Below are positions 32,370 to 42,221 of a stretch of 64,000 bases of DNA, one piece after another. The notes below the pieces were generated by a model. That model did no database searches and had not been told where the DNA came from. It saw only the letters and a program-made list of their open reading frames with translations. A program made the translations under genes and the position numbers. How positions within the stretch are numbered: position 1 is the stretch's first letter; each line of letters begins with the position of its first letter. The stretch spans positions 1 through 64,000 of the forward strand of contig CAWEWF010000005.1 in NCBI GenBank assembly GCA_963812605.1. Reading direction: 5' to 3'. This DNA is from an uncultured Verrucomicrobiae bacterium (GTDB taxonomy: Bacteria > Verrucomicrobiota > Verrucomicrobiia > Palsa-1439).

Positions 32370-32474
32370 CAAGCGTGAGGATACCATTCTGGCGGGCTAC
32401 GAAAGAAGTCTGGCGTGGAGTTGACTTTCGAACGGCGGAATGTCATTCACTGTCCACTCTTTGTTCTCATATAA

Positions 32475-35150
32475 ATGAAAAGACTCCATTTTCTGTTTTT
32501 CGCGTCGGCCGCGCTCCTCGTCGTGTTCTCTGCGCGCCCGTCCAATGCCCAATTCATTTCCGACAAAAACGAGCTCCGCGCGACGCTCAAGAATGGGCTG
32601 CGCGTGGTGATTGTCCGCAATCCGTTGGCGCCGGTGGTGACCACGGTGGTCAATTACGAGGTCGGGTCGGATGAAGCGCCGGAGGGATTTCCGGGGATGG
32701 CCCATGCGCTGGAGCACATGATGTTTCGCGGCAACCCGGACCTCACTGCGGACCAACTCGCCCATATTTCCGCGGCGATGGGCGGGAACTTCGACGCGAA
32801 CACGCAGCAGACCCTCACCCAATATAATTTTACGGTTCCCGCCGACGACCTGGAGTTGGCGTTGCATGTCGAATCGCTACGGATGCGCGGCATCCTCGGC
32901 ACCGATGAGTTGTGGGGGAAGGAGCGGGGAGCGATTGAACAGGAAGTGGCCCAGGACCTCTCCAATCCCGAATACCTGCTTTACAGCAAGCTGCTGGAAG
33001 CTGTGTTCGCCGGCACGCCCTACGCCCATGACGCCTTGGGCACGCGACCGTCCTTCGACAAGACGACTGGCGCGATGCTGAGAGATTTTTATGGCAAATG
33101 GTATGCGCCCAATAACGCGATTCTGGTCATTGTTGGCGACGTGGAACCGAAAGCCACCCTCGCGACAGTGAAACGGTTGTTCGAAAACATTCCATCAAAG
33201 AAACTGCCGCATCATCCCCATATTGATTTACAGCCGGTCAAACCCGCAACGCTTCAGATGACCAGCGATCTCTCGTACGGGCTGGCCGTGATCACGTTTC
33301 GCCTGCCCGGTTCGGATAGTTCCGACGATGCCGCTGCGCAGGTTCTGGACGACGTGTTGTCGAGCCATCGCGGCAATTTGTATGCGCTGGTGCCGGCGGG
33401 GAAGGCGCTGTCGGTGGAATTCGCGCTGGGTTCGTTGCCAAAAGCGAGCCTGGCCTACGCGATGGGCACGTTCCCGAAAGGCGGCGATGGCGCGGCTTTG
33501 ATCAAAGAAATGCAGGCCGTCATCGCCGGGTACGTGAAGCACGGGTTCCCTCGCGATTTGGTCGAGGCGGAGAAACGTCACGAGGTCGCCGACGCGGAGT
33601 TTGAGAAAAACTCGGTGGAAGGGCTGGCCATGTCCTGGTCGGCGGCCCTGGCCCTGGAACATCACCGCTCGCCTGACGAAGACATCGAGGAAATCAAACG
33701 CGTCACGGTTTCCGATGTCAATCGCGTCGCGCGCCAATACCTGGACCTCGATCACGCCATCGTGACCGTGATGACACCGGAGGATTCCGGGAAACCGACT
33801 TCCTCCTCGACCTACGGCGGTCACGAATCGTTTACGTCCAAAGAAGCGGCCACCGTGCCGCTGCCCGACTGGGCTGCCGCGCAATTGTCGCGCGTCCCGG
33901 GCGTCCCGTCGTCCACGGTGCATCCGGTGGTGACCACGTTCACGAACGGGCTGCAACTTATCGTGCAACCCGAGACGATCAGCGATACGGTCAATGTCGA
34001 CGGCCGCGTGCGCAACTATCCGGGGTTGGAAATGCCCGAGGGACAGGAGGGCGTGGACCAGGTGCTCGATAATCTGTTCTCGTTTGGCACCGAGTCACTC
34101 GACCGCGTGGCTTTTCAAAAGGCGCTGGACGACATCGGCGCGAACGAGTCCGCCGGCACCGGTTTTGAAGTGGATGTCCTGACCAAATACTTCGACCGCG
34201 GGACGCAACTGCTGGCGGACAACCTTTTGCATCCGGCCCTGCCGGAGGCGGCATTCAAAACCGTTCGCAAACAAGTCGCGGACGCGGTGGCGGGTTCGCT
34301 GGAGAGCCCGGATTACCTGAGCCAGCGGGCGTTGCTAGGCGCACTCTTTCCGAAGGGCGACCCGGGGTTGCGCCAGGCGACGACCTCCAGCGTGAGCGCG
34401 CTGACGTTGGACAATGTGCGCGCCTATCACCAGCACGTTTTCCGTCCCGACCTGACGACCATCGTGGTCATCGGGAACGTCACACCCGACCAGGCGAAAA
34501 CCGTCATCGGGAAATGGTTTGGTGATTGGACGGCGACCGGGCCGAAGCCGGAGACGGTTCCACCGCCGATTTCCAACAATGTAGCGTCGGTCATTGTCGT
34601 TCCCGACAAGAGCCGCGTGCAAGACAAGGCGGTCCTCGCGGAAACCCTCGGCTTGAACCGCTATGACCCGGATTATTATCCCCTGCAACTGGGCAACCTC
34701 GTGCTCGGCGGCGCGTTCTACGCGACCCGGCTCTACCGCGACCTGCGCAAGGACAGCGGGCTGGTGTACACCGTGCAGTCAGCGTTCGATGTCGGCAAGA
34801 CGCGGGCGATTTACGAGGTGGAATTCGGCTGCGATCCGCCCAACGTCTCGAAAGCCCGGGCCATCATCGAGCGCAACTTGAAAGACATGCAGACCAAGCC
34901 CGTGACCGCGGACGAATTGCAGCAGGCCAAGGCGCAATGGCTCCGTGAAATTCCGCTTTCCGAGTCCAGCATTGGCAACATCGCGTCCACACTGCTCTCG
35001 CTCGCCACGCGCGACCTCCCGCTCGACGAACCCACCCGCGCCGCCCAACGCTGCAGCACCCTGACCGCCGAAGAAGTGCAAACCGCCTTCGCCAAATGGC
35101 TGCACCCCGCCGATCTGGTCCAAGCCGTGCAGGGGCCGGAACCGAAGTGA
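32475..35150 (+). CDS. Secreted M16 family (pitrilysin-like) zinc peptidase
   Basis: Signal peptide; inverted zinc motif HxxEH 'HALEH'; two-lobed 891-aa protein. Confidence 0.9.
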   Translation: MKRLHFLFFASAALLVVFSARPSNAQFISDKNELRATLKNGLRVVIVRNPLAPVVTTVVNYEVGSDEAPEGFPGMAHALEHMMFRGNPDLTADQLAHISAAMGGNFDANTQQTLTQYNFTVPADDLELALHVESLRMRGILGTDELWGKERGAIEQEVAQDLSNPEYLLYSKLLEAVFAGTPYAHDALGTRPSFDKTTGAMLRDFYGKWYAPNNAILVIVGDVEPKATLATVKRLFENIPSKKLPHHPHIDLQPVKPATLQMTSDLSYGLAVITFRLPGSDSSDDAAAQVLDDVLSSHRGNLYALVPAGKALSVEFALGSLPKASLAYAMGTFPKGGDGAALIKEMQAVIAGYVKHGFPRDLVEAEKRHEVADAEFEKNSVEGLAMSWSAALALEHHRSPDEDIEEIKRVTVSDVNRVARQYLDLDHAIVTVMTPEDSGKPTSSSTYGGHESFTSKEAATVPLPDWAAAQLSRVPGVPSSTVHPVVTTFTNGLQLIVQPETISDTVNVDGRVRNYPGLEMPEGQEGVDQVLDNLFSFGTESLDRVAFQKALDDIGANESAGTGFEVDVLTKYFDRGTQLLADNLLHPALPEAAFKTVRKQVADAVAGSLESPDYLSQRALLGALFPKGDPGLRQATTSSVSALTLDNVRAYHQHVFRPDLTTIVVIGNVTPDQAKTVIGKWFGDWTATGPKPETVPPPISNNVASVIVVPDKSRVQDKAVLAETLGLNRYDPDYYPLQLGNLVLGGAFYATRLYRDLRKDSGLVYTVQSAFDVGKTRAIYEVEFGCDPPNVSKARAIIERNLKDMQTKPVTADELQQAKAQWLREIPLSESSIGNIASTLLSLATRDLPLDEPTRAAQRCSTLTAEEVQTAFAKWLHPADLVQAVQGPEPK

Positions 35151-35158
35151 ACGGATTT

Positions 35159-35194
35159 AACATTCAACGTCCAACGTCGAACGTTCAACGTTGA
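35159..35194. repeat. 7-nt tandem repeat (T[TC][CG]AACG-like)
   Basis: TTCAACG TCCAACG TCGAACG TTCAACG. Confidence 0.6.
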
Positions 35195-35296
35195 AGGGAT
35201 ATGGAAACGACCGCAGGAGCCAGCTTGTGTAGCGGCTCGCCTTTCTTTCTCGCTTGTCCGATGTTGACGACCTGACCCGATTTCTTCCGCCTAAGT

Positions 35297-35968
35297 TCAG
35301 CGACGGGGGGAAGCCCCATTCGTTGGAGGATATGATCCGACGTTGGAAGTCATCTTAACGCTTGCTTCAAGCACGATAACTGTGTCGGTCGCAACCTGTG
35401 CATACTCAATTGTGAACTTCTTGCCGGCATAGTACAGCATCCACGGGTATTTCTGTGGCGGCTCGGAAATCCTGAATTGAAACTCGCCCTTGTTATCTGT
35501 GACCTGCCGGCACTGATACCAGAATCCCCTTTGCGGTATCCGCAGCTCGACCTCGGCATATATGATAGGCACGACTTGGTCATTCGCTCGCTCTACGATA
35601 CGCCCTCTCAAAACTTTCCCTTCTGTCATTACGACCCTCAGGGGAGAGTCAGCAGGCTTGACCTTATAGAGGAATGTTGGCGCGTGTGAACCGCCATCGA
35701 ACTGGAGATCAACCAAAGGATCTGAACGCGGAAGGGGAATGCTGAATCTTCCCTCCTTGTCGGTAAAGTGGAACGAAGGCGCTCCGCCGTAAGAAATATG
35801 GCCTTCTGAAGGCAGCGGGAAACCACTGACGCTACATCTCACGCTCTCTATGGGTTTGCCGTCTCCATTAACTACTACTCCCGTTACTTCAGTTTGCGCA
35901 AAGCTGTGATGCACAAGCTGCGGGAACAGTATGCCGCAAATAAGAAGACTCAATCGCGATGATTTCAT
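35297..35968 (-). CDS. Secreted protein with carboxypeptidase-regulatory-like (beta-sandwich) repeats
   Basis: Signal peptide; 'GVVVNGDGKPI', 'TDKEGRFSI', 'TDNKGEFQF'; lower GC. Confidence 0.65.
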   Translation of the reverse strand: MKSSRLSLLICGILFPQLVHHSFAQTEVTGVVVNGDGKPIESVRCSVSGFPLPSEGHISYGGAPSFHFTDKEGRFSIPLPRSDPLVDLQFDGGSHAPTFLYKVKPADSPLRVVMTEGKVLRGRIVERANDQVVPIIYAEVELRIPQRGFWYQCRQVTDNKGEFQFRISEPPQKYPWMLYYAGKKFTIEYAQVATDTVIVLEASVKMTSNVGSYPPTNGASPRR

Positions 35969-36064
35969 TTTCCTATGCCCAACGAATCAAGGCACGCCGC
36001 AATGCATTACGAGCCTACAAACGCCATTAAACAGCTGATTGAAGCGCGAAGAAAGCCAAATTTG

Positions 36065-36700
36065 TCACGGCTCGGGTTCAATGGGTTGGAATTGTTGGGT
36101 GGAGAGATCGTAGGCGAAGAGTTCGGCGGTGGCGATTTGGAAGAACCAACCGTGCAGGCGGAGGGTGCCGGCGGCGAGGCGCGTGGCGACGGCCTGATAC
36201 GTGTGTAAATTCTCCAGAGCGAACAAGACGTTCTCTCCGGCGGCGGCGGTTGTGCGCGCGTCGCGGTCGGTGAGGTGCTGGTAGTGGCGGTCCATCAATT
36301 CGCGGACGGGAGCTGCCGTGGCAATCCATTCCTGCAAATGCGGGGTTTCCGGCGACTCCGGCAAACCGTCGAGTAGCGCCATCATCGCCCCGCACTGCGA
36401 ATGGCCGCAAACCACAACGTCGCTGACGCCAAGTATTTTTACCGCAAACTCGATGGCTGCGGCGGTCGAATTTCGGCCAGGGACATCGGCACGGGGGACG
36501 ATGTTGCCGACGTTTTTCACCACAAAAAGGTCGCCGGGCTGGCTCTGCGTGATCAATTCCGCCAGGACGCGCGAGTCCGAGCAGGTGATGAACAGCGTGT
36601 GCGGATTCTGTTCCTCCCGCGAAAGACGACGAAACAGTTTGCGGTATTTTCCGAGTTCGTCCTGCTGGAATTTATGAACGCCCGCGATGAGTTGTTGCAT
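36065..36700 (-). CDS. Beta-class carbonic anhydrase
   Basis: 'TCSDSR', 'NVGNIVP', 'CGHSQCGAM'. Confidence 0.92.
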   Translation of the reverse strand: MQQLIAGVHKFQQDELGKYRKLFRRLSREEQNPHTLFITCSDSRVLAELITQSQPGDLFVVKNVGNIVPRADVPGRNSTAAAIEFAVKILGVSDVVVCGHSQCGAMMALLDGLPESPETPHLQEWIATAAPVRELMDRHYQHLTDRDARTTAAAGENVLFALENLHTYQAVATRLAAGTLRLHGWFFQIATAELFAYDLSTQQFQPIEPEP

Positions 36701-36772
36701 GGTCAACCGCTGTTATTTTTGCGGAGCCGGTCCCTCCGGCTCTGGTACAAACTTCGGAACGTGCGAGCGGTG

Positions 36773-36830
36773 TTCGGCTGCGCGATTTGCAATCTCCCTC
36801 GAAAACCGCAAGCGGGACGTTCGCGCTACC
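36773..36830 (-). repeat. Dispersed ~58-bp repeat, copy 2
   Basis: Reverse complement of 16435-16492. Confidence 0.8.
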
Positions 36831-36912
36831 AAGCGAAAACATTGCAGACCTAACAGGGATTGTTCCCCGAGTCGTAAACGCGGCTCCGGTTGACTCGTTG
36901 GTGTTTGGTCCT

Positions 36913-39900
36913 TTATGGCACCAGCACGCGGACGCGGTAGTATCGCGCGGGCTGGTTCGTTGCCCCGCCCGGATCCACCATGTTGGTCACCATACCCAGA
37001 CCGATGCCGCCACTGAGGACATCAGTCACGCCGGCGCTGGCGAAGTTGTTGCTGTTGTAGCTGCCGTTCGTGCCCGCGGTGAACTCCAGCACGTTGGTGC
37101 GCGACGCGAGGCCGGGCGAGTATGTGCTATCGCCGCTGGCTCCCAGATAGTCCACCCGGATGTCAGTACCGCTGTTCGTCTTGGAGATACTGGTGATGTG
37201 AACGTACGCCGCGGCGTTGGTGGGATTGAATCCCGCCAGGAACTGGTTGGTATTGCTCATCCCTTTGCCCAGCGGATCGGCGCCCGGCCCGCTAAACGAC
37301 GGGTTACCCAGTTCAGCCATGGAGAAGTAATTGCTCTGCCACGTGGTGAATGGATCCGCTGGCGGCGGCGAATTGGTGGCCACGAGGAAGTTGTAAACGG
37401 CCGTATAGTTCGTTGACAGGGCCATCCTGGAAATCAAGAAGCCCGGCTGAGCGTTTTCCGAGCAATAATTGTCAATGTCGACAGACCCGAATCCGGTCGG
37501 CTGGTCCGGACCTTGATAGCCGGTTAAACCGGCCACGTCGGGTCCGTCGTGCGCGTCCCAGGCCATGGCGAACAGACTGGCGGTGCTGTTGTTTGTCGGG
37601 TTGACAAATACCCAGGCGTTGGAATTGACGCTGTCTTCCGCGATAATCACGATATAGTTTGTGAAGTAGGTGCGCGGAGTTGTGCCATGGTAGAAGGAAT
37701 CGCCGCCGTTGACCTTGGTGTTCCACACGTAGTGTCCGCTTCCATTATCGTTGACGGCGGTCCGGGCATCGTTGTACGTGACATTGGCAGTGGGACTATC
37801 CGCGGGCCCCGTGGGGAGGAGTGTGAAGTCCCACGTGTTGGGCGCGGCTGGCGCACTGGTGACGGTGATCGAAATACCCAGATAGGCGAATGCCGTGGCG
37901 TCGGTAACGACCGAACCGGCGATGTTCTTGGCGGGTTCCTCATCCATTTGCGAACCCGCGCAGTTATTCCCGACACCGGGCGGAGTGAAGAGCACGCCGT
38001 TGACGATCTGATAGCCGTTGTCATTGAGGCCGGGGGTGGGGTTGTACCAATTATTCTGGCCGACGATGTCACCATTAGAGTACGTGCTGAAATCGTCGAA
38101 GAACCCGAACCCGACCTGAAGGGTGACCGTGCGCGAGGGGAGGGCAGCGCCGGCGTTGACGTTGGTAAACACAAGCGTGTCCGAGTAAGCGCCCAACGGC
38201 AGGGTATTGGCACTGGCGCTGACGATGGAAACGGTGATGTTCGTGGTCGAGCCGGCGGGCAAGCTGCCGCTCGTGGCGCTGAGCGTGTCCCAACTGGCCG
38301 ATGTGCCCGCGGTCCAGGATATAGCATTGGGAGTCACGTTGGTGAGCGTGTAGGTGTAACTGGACGGCGCAAACGGTCCGCCGAACTCACCGATCGCAAG
38401 ATAGTTGGATGTCGGCGTAATGAAGATCGCAAAGTCGTTCAGCGTGGCAATGGGTGAGGCCACTACTGGGCCGCCCGCGCCACCGGTGTGAAAGAGCAGC
38501 CGATCCGAATAAGTGAAACCGCCGGCGTCTGAGTTGGCGGTTGAGTTGGGAGTCACAGTGACGTTGGTGGTGGCACCGGGAGCCAGCGTGCCGCTGGATG
38601 GAGTGACCGTGGCCCAAATACCGCCGCTTGTTGGGATAATCGTCACGGTAAAATTCTGAGTTCCGCTGCCCAGGTTGGCGACCGAGTACGTGACGCCGTT
38701 TGTCGGGGAGAACGGACCGCCCTGCGGCCCGGAGAAATACGGACCGAATGGCGGGCCGACCGAAATCACACCTGCACCGGCGCTGATGGTGCCCGAGTCG
38801 CCTCCCTGCGGGGCAAACGCGATGCCGCGGGTATTGATCAGGCTGGCATTGACCCCCGGAGGCTTTAATAATACGTGATTTCCGTTGGCGGAGCCGAAAG
38901 GACTGCCGCCATTAATCGAGGAATTGGCCGAGCCCGCGAACCCGCTCATGTCAACGAATGGGTACAGGACGTTGAACGGGGTGACGGTACCGCCTTCCGT
39001 AATGTAAAGCGTGACATTGGTCCCGTTTTTCACTCCCGTTACCCCGGTGGCGCCCTCGGCGTAAATATATCCGAAGTTGACCCACGCGTTACTGGATGGG
39101 ATGTAGCAATACTTCACCACACCGCCCGAATGTCCCAAGGGTTCACCCGGAGCGTTGGTGTTATTGTCAGCGACATAGAGCGTGTCCGGAGCGGCGCCTC
39201 CGTTGAGACTGAACATGCAGAATGCCCACGGGCTGCCGATGGCGGGCGAACTGGTGATGCTATTGCCCATGACCCCGGCCAGATACAAAAAATTGGAATT
39301 AACAAAGGAGGTCGGCAAGGAGCCGCCGAACGGGTTGACTGCCACACTGGCGTTCGTCGCACCGCCAACGGCGTGGTTGGCGGAATAGTAGAGGGTCTTG
39401 TTGTAAATGCCGAAAGTCCGGCCGTTGAACCTCGAGACTTCCTCCACCTGCGTCGAAACCATCGATCCCCGCGTCGTATACTTACCGCCCATCGCGTTCC
39501 CCTCGCCCACATGCCAGATGTTGGTGCCATCGAGGCTCACCGCGGTGTGGATATCGTTGGCATCCTCGTTGGCGTCGATCAGGGTCGTGGTCGTATAGAT
39601 GTGGCCGTTCCCGTCCACCAATCCGATCACCCGGGACACCTGACCAACCACGCCGGTGGTAGTCGTTGTGGCGAGATCCTGTGTCGCTTGTCCGAAGGTC
39701 GCCCCGTACCCGGCGAAGGAAAGGTACCGGCCATCCGTCGAGAGGCACAGCTCGCCATCGCCGAGCGTCGTGCCCGACATAATCAGCGGACCGTTGGCGC
39801 CGACCCAGTTGGTTGGCATCAGAATCGATTGGACCGGGGTCGGGTTGTTAAAGGTCCCGGCCGCCGCCCAAATAGCGTTGGTAGTATACTCATCGAGGTA

Positions 39901-40059
39901 GACCGAATTGCCGGTATTGGTCAGGGCCTGCGTCCCATCGCCGACGCGGACGATGACGATGTTGCCCGCTCCAAACGGGGCCGCGACCGCGTTCATCCCC
40001 AGCGCCCCTACCGCCAGCGCCGCAACCAACCCGAACATATTTTTTATTTTCATTTCCAT
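36913..40059 (-). CDS. Large secreted/surface protein with tandem BACON-like Ig domains and a putative C-terminal sorting domain
   Basis: Signal peptide; repeated 'GGPF(S/A)P...Y...N...W...SG(T/S)L..G.TTN(V/I)TV'; C-terminus 'DPFTTWQSNYF...ADPLGKGMSNTNQFLAGFNP...YYRVRV'. Confidence 0.8.
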   Translation of the reverse strand: MEMKIKNMFGLVAALAVGALGMNAVAAPFGAGNIVIVRVGDGTQALTNTGNSVYLDEYTTNAIWAAAGTFNNPTPVQSILMPTNWVGANGPLIMSGTTLGDGELCLSTDGRYLSFAGYGATFGQATQDLATTTTTGVVGQVSRVIGLVDGNGHIYTTTTLIDANEDANDIHTAVSLDGTNIWHVGEGNAMGGKYTTRGSMVSTQVEEVSRFNGRTFGIYNKTLYYSANHAVGGATNASVAVNPFGGSLPTSFVNSNFLYLAGVMGNSITSSPAIGSPWAFCMFSLNGGAAPDTLYVADNNTNAPGEPLGHSGGVVKYCYIPSSNAWVNFGYIYAEGATGVTGVKNGTNVTLYITEGGTVTPFNVLYPFVDMSGFAGSANSSINGGSPFGSANGNHVLLKPPGVNASLINTRGIAFAPQGGDSGTISAGAGVISVGPPFGPYFSGPQGGPFSPTNGVTYSVANLGSGTQNFTVTIIPTSGGIWATVTPSSGTLAPGATTNVTVTPNSTANSDAGGFTYSDRLLFHTGGAGGPVVASPIATLNDFAIFITPTSNYLAIGEFGGPFAPSSYTYTLTNVTPNAISWTAGTSASWDTLSATSGSLPAGSTTNITVSIVSASANTLPLGAYSDTLVFTNVNAGAALPSRTVTLQVGFGFFDDFSTYSNGDIVGQNNWYNPTPGLNDNGYQIVNGVLFTPPGVGNNCAGSQMDEEPAKNIAGSVVTDATAFAYLGISITVTSAPAAPNTWDFTLLPTGPADSPTANVTYNDARTAVNDNGSGHYVWNTKVNGGDSFYHGTTPRTYFTNYIVIIAEDSVNSNAWVFVNPTNNSTASLFAMAWDAHDGPDVAGLTGYQGPDQPTGFGSVDIDNYCSENAQPGFLISRMALSTNYTAVYNFLVATNSPPPADPFTTWQSNYFSMAELGNPSFSGPGADPLGKGMSNTNQFLAGFNPTNAAAYVHITSISKTNSGTDIRVDYLGASGDSTYSPGLASRTNVLEFTAGTNGSYNSNNFASAGVTDVLSGGIGLGMVTNMVDPGGATNQPARYYRVRVLVP

Positions 40060-40220
40060 ATCCTTTCCCTGTGGCCCTTCCAACCAGCGATCATGAAAGT
40101 TCCATGTTTAGCCGATACGAGAACGCGCGCGAACGCCACCCTTTGTCTCCCAGGTGACATCCATCCGCTTGGTTCGTTAAATTTTCGCGACATTCGTGTC
40201 TTGTCCCTGGGTAATCCGCA

Positions 40221-41009
40221 TCAATTCTGACTCGTGTTCGCATCGAGGAAGAACCACCAGTGGTACGGTATACCGTTTGCCCAGTCGCCGCCGGAGCTAC
40301 TATCATCCCACTGGATGTTGCTCAGTGGCGTAGGGCAGAGCGTATTACCCGACCTGCAGAAAGCGGCCAGCGTGATCCATTCCACATGTCCATCACCGAG
40401 AACGAAATTCGAGCCGCCGGAGTGGCGCGTCACCATGTCATACGCTCCATTGGTTTCTGGAAACTTGTCTTCCACTTCCTCGCAAAAGACGATCGTGGTG
40501 GAGGGCGCCACCATCCGGTCGCGTCGGAATCCAACCGAGGTCGTGCCTTCCTCGTGTATGCACGTACTGAGCGAGTAATAGAAGACGGCATTATTCGGCG
40601 CAATGTTCGGTGTTTTGTTGACCGCGCTCGGACAGACGAAGATGCTATGCCCGGTGCGCGGGGTTGGCGCGAGGTTGTTGGCATACAGCGTGCACAGGGG
40701 CTTCTGCTGGAGGTACGGAGTAACGACATTAAACCAGGCGTTGCTGTTAGCAAAGGCACAGGGTGGATTGTTGTAGCTGCCATCGTAGGGGTAGTACTCG
40801 TTCCAGTCATCGCAGTACATGTCCAGCCCCACTGCCCACTGGTGCATGTTACTGACACAGACTGCGGCATTGCCTTTCTCTCGGGCCTTGTTCAGGGCAG
40901 GTAGCAACATCGCCGCCAGAATGCTGATGATGACAATGACCACCAGCAACTCGATGAGCGTGAAGGCGCGAGTTTTTCTCCGAAACCAAATGACAGTCAC
41001 CTTTGGCAT
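40221..41009 (-). CDS. Prepilin-type N-terminal cleavage/methylation protein (DUF1559, H-X9-DG)
   Basis: 'AFTLIELLVVIVIISILAAMLLPAL'; 'RHSGGSNFVLGDGHVE'. Confidence 0.9.
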   Translation of the reverse strand: MPKVTVIWFRRKTRAFTLIELLVVIVIISILAAMLLPALNKAREKGNAAVCVSNMHQWAVGLDMYCDDWNEYYPYDGSYNNPPCAFANSNAWFNVVTPYLQQKPLCTLYANNLAPTPRTGHSIFVCPSAVNKTPNIAPNNAVFYYSLSTCIHEEGTTSVGFRRDRMVAPSTTIVFCEEVEDKFPETNGAYDMVTRHSGGSNFVLGDGHVEWITLAAFCRSGNTLCPTPLSNIQWDDSSSGGDWANGIPYHWWFFLDANTSQN

Positions 41010-41199
41010 CTCGATCCTCCGTGCGCGCCGTTTGGAACCCTCGCTCTGTTCCCCAACGGCCATTGTTAGTGGCCCTACCAATCAACGATCTATTTGGTTA
41101 CGTCTACCTAGCATCTGAATAAAAGAAAAATCTGGACAATTCAATAACAAAAGCACCGGTTCTGTGATTTTTTTTGGACTGGGCGTGGATGTCCTCTGT

Positions 41200-41290
41200 A
41201 TCCGCCCTCATCAAGCTGCGCTACTTCATCGGCATGACAACTACGGAAGTTGCTGACATCCGAGGCGTTTCCGAGCCAACTGCGAGGGGC
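41200..41290 (+). pseudogene. ECF sigma factor region-4 fragment
   Basis: 'LIKLRYFIGMTTTEVADIRGVSEPTAR' resembles the C-terminus of PVC-type ECF sigma factors. Confidence 0.55.
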
Positions 41291-41319
41291 CGCCGGGCTG
41301 ATGCCCATAACTGCGGAGC

Positions 41320-41390
41320 TTTGCAACACGTTGCTGGCAATTTGGGAGTTTGCAGGCGGTTTTTGCAAATGGGCTCGTTTTTTGGGTGGG
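41320..41390 (+). repeat. Partial copy (right arm) of the 97-bp inverted-repeat element
   Basis: TTGCAGGCGGTTTTTGCAAATGGGCTCGTTT versus TTGCAGACGGTTTTTGCAAATGGGTTCGTTT at 53438-53468. Confidence 0.7.
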
Positions 41391-41589
41391 AGCGCTTGGA
41401 ATGGTGAAGGCGCTTTGGTTGTGAGAAGGGTTGTTGGTGTCGAGGGAGACGGTTGCCGCAAACAACAGCGGCGTCTTGTCTGACTCGGCTCGACAAGCTC
41501 AACATGACAAACCGGGGAGAAAAGACCAGAAAGAGACGGTCCCTGCAAGTTTCTTGACAGGCGAATGGCATGGCAAATAGAGTGACGCT

Positions 41590-42174
41590 ATGAAGACGAT
41601 TGCGCGTTCTCTTTGGATTTCAGCGATTTTTCTCCTGTTCACCAGCGTGGGCGCACAAGCCCATATCTTGCCCAATGACGTGCATGGATTTGGCAGCGGG
41701 TTCGCGCATCCCTTGCACGGGCTCGATCACATTCTGGCGATGGTGGCGGTCGGCTTGTGGGCGGGGCAACTCGGGGGCCGGGCGCGCTGGCTGGTGCCGG
41801 CGAGTTTTGTCGGCGTGATGGTGCTTGGCGGAGCGCTGGCGATGGCCGGGCTGCATGTGCCCTATACGGAAGAGGGGATTTTGCTTTCGGTGTTGGTACT
41901 GGGAATCCTGATTGCCGTGGCCACGCGGTTTCCGCTGCCCGCGAGCATGGCGATGGTTGGTCTCTTCGCATTTTTTCACGGGCATTCCCACGGCATGGAG
42001 ATGCCGGCGAATGCGGTCGGCTACGCGTATGGTGCGGGTTTCGCGCTGGCGACCGTGCTGCTGCACGCGAGCGGCATTGGGTTGGCGTACGCTGTGCATT
42101 CCGTGAAACTGCCGGTCGTGCGCTGGGCCGGCGCGGCGATTGCCTTGGCGGGGATTTGTCTTTGGGCGTTCTAG
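41590..42174 (+). CDS. HupE/UreJ family metal (Ni/Co) transporter
   Basis: 'GFAHPLHGLDHILAMVAVG', 'FHGHSHGME'. Confidence 0.92.
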   Translation: MKTIARSLWISAIFLLFTSVGAQAHILPNDVHGFGSGFAHPLHGLDHILAMVAVGLWAGQLGGRARWLVPASFVGVMVLGGALAMAGLHVPYTEEGILLSVLVLGILIAVATRFPLPASMAMVGLFAFFHGHSHGMEMPANAVGYAYGAGFALATVLLHASGIGLAYAVHSVKLPVVRWAGAAIALAGICLWAF

Positions 42175-42221
42175 TTGACGGACGGAACGCGAACAGTTGA
42201 TTACCTTTTAAGGAGACCACT

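Noticed and set aside
25800-32400. Programmed frameshifting or phase variation in lptA, lptC, kdsC, nadA and the rlmI-like gene
   Set aside because: There are too many indels in unrelated genes within one block and no shared slippery motif; sequencing error is more parsimonious.
38875-40230. Long antisense ORFs (e.g. 38875-40230 +, 61133-62668 -, 46454-47623 -, 28415-29449 +)
   Set aside because: They are shadow frames of real GC-rich genes on the opposite strand and show no recognisable motifs.
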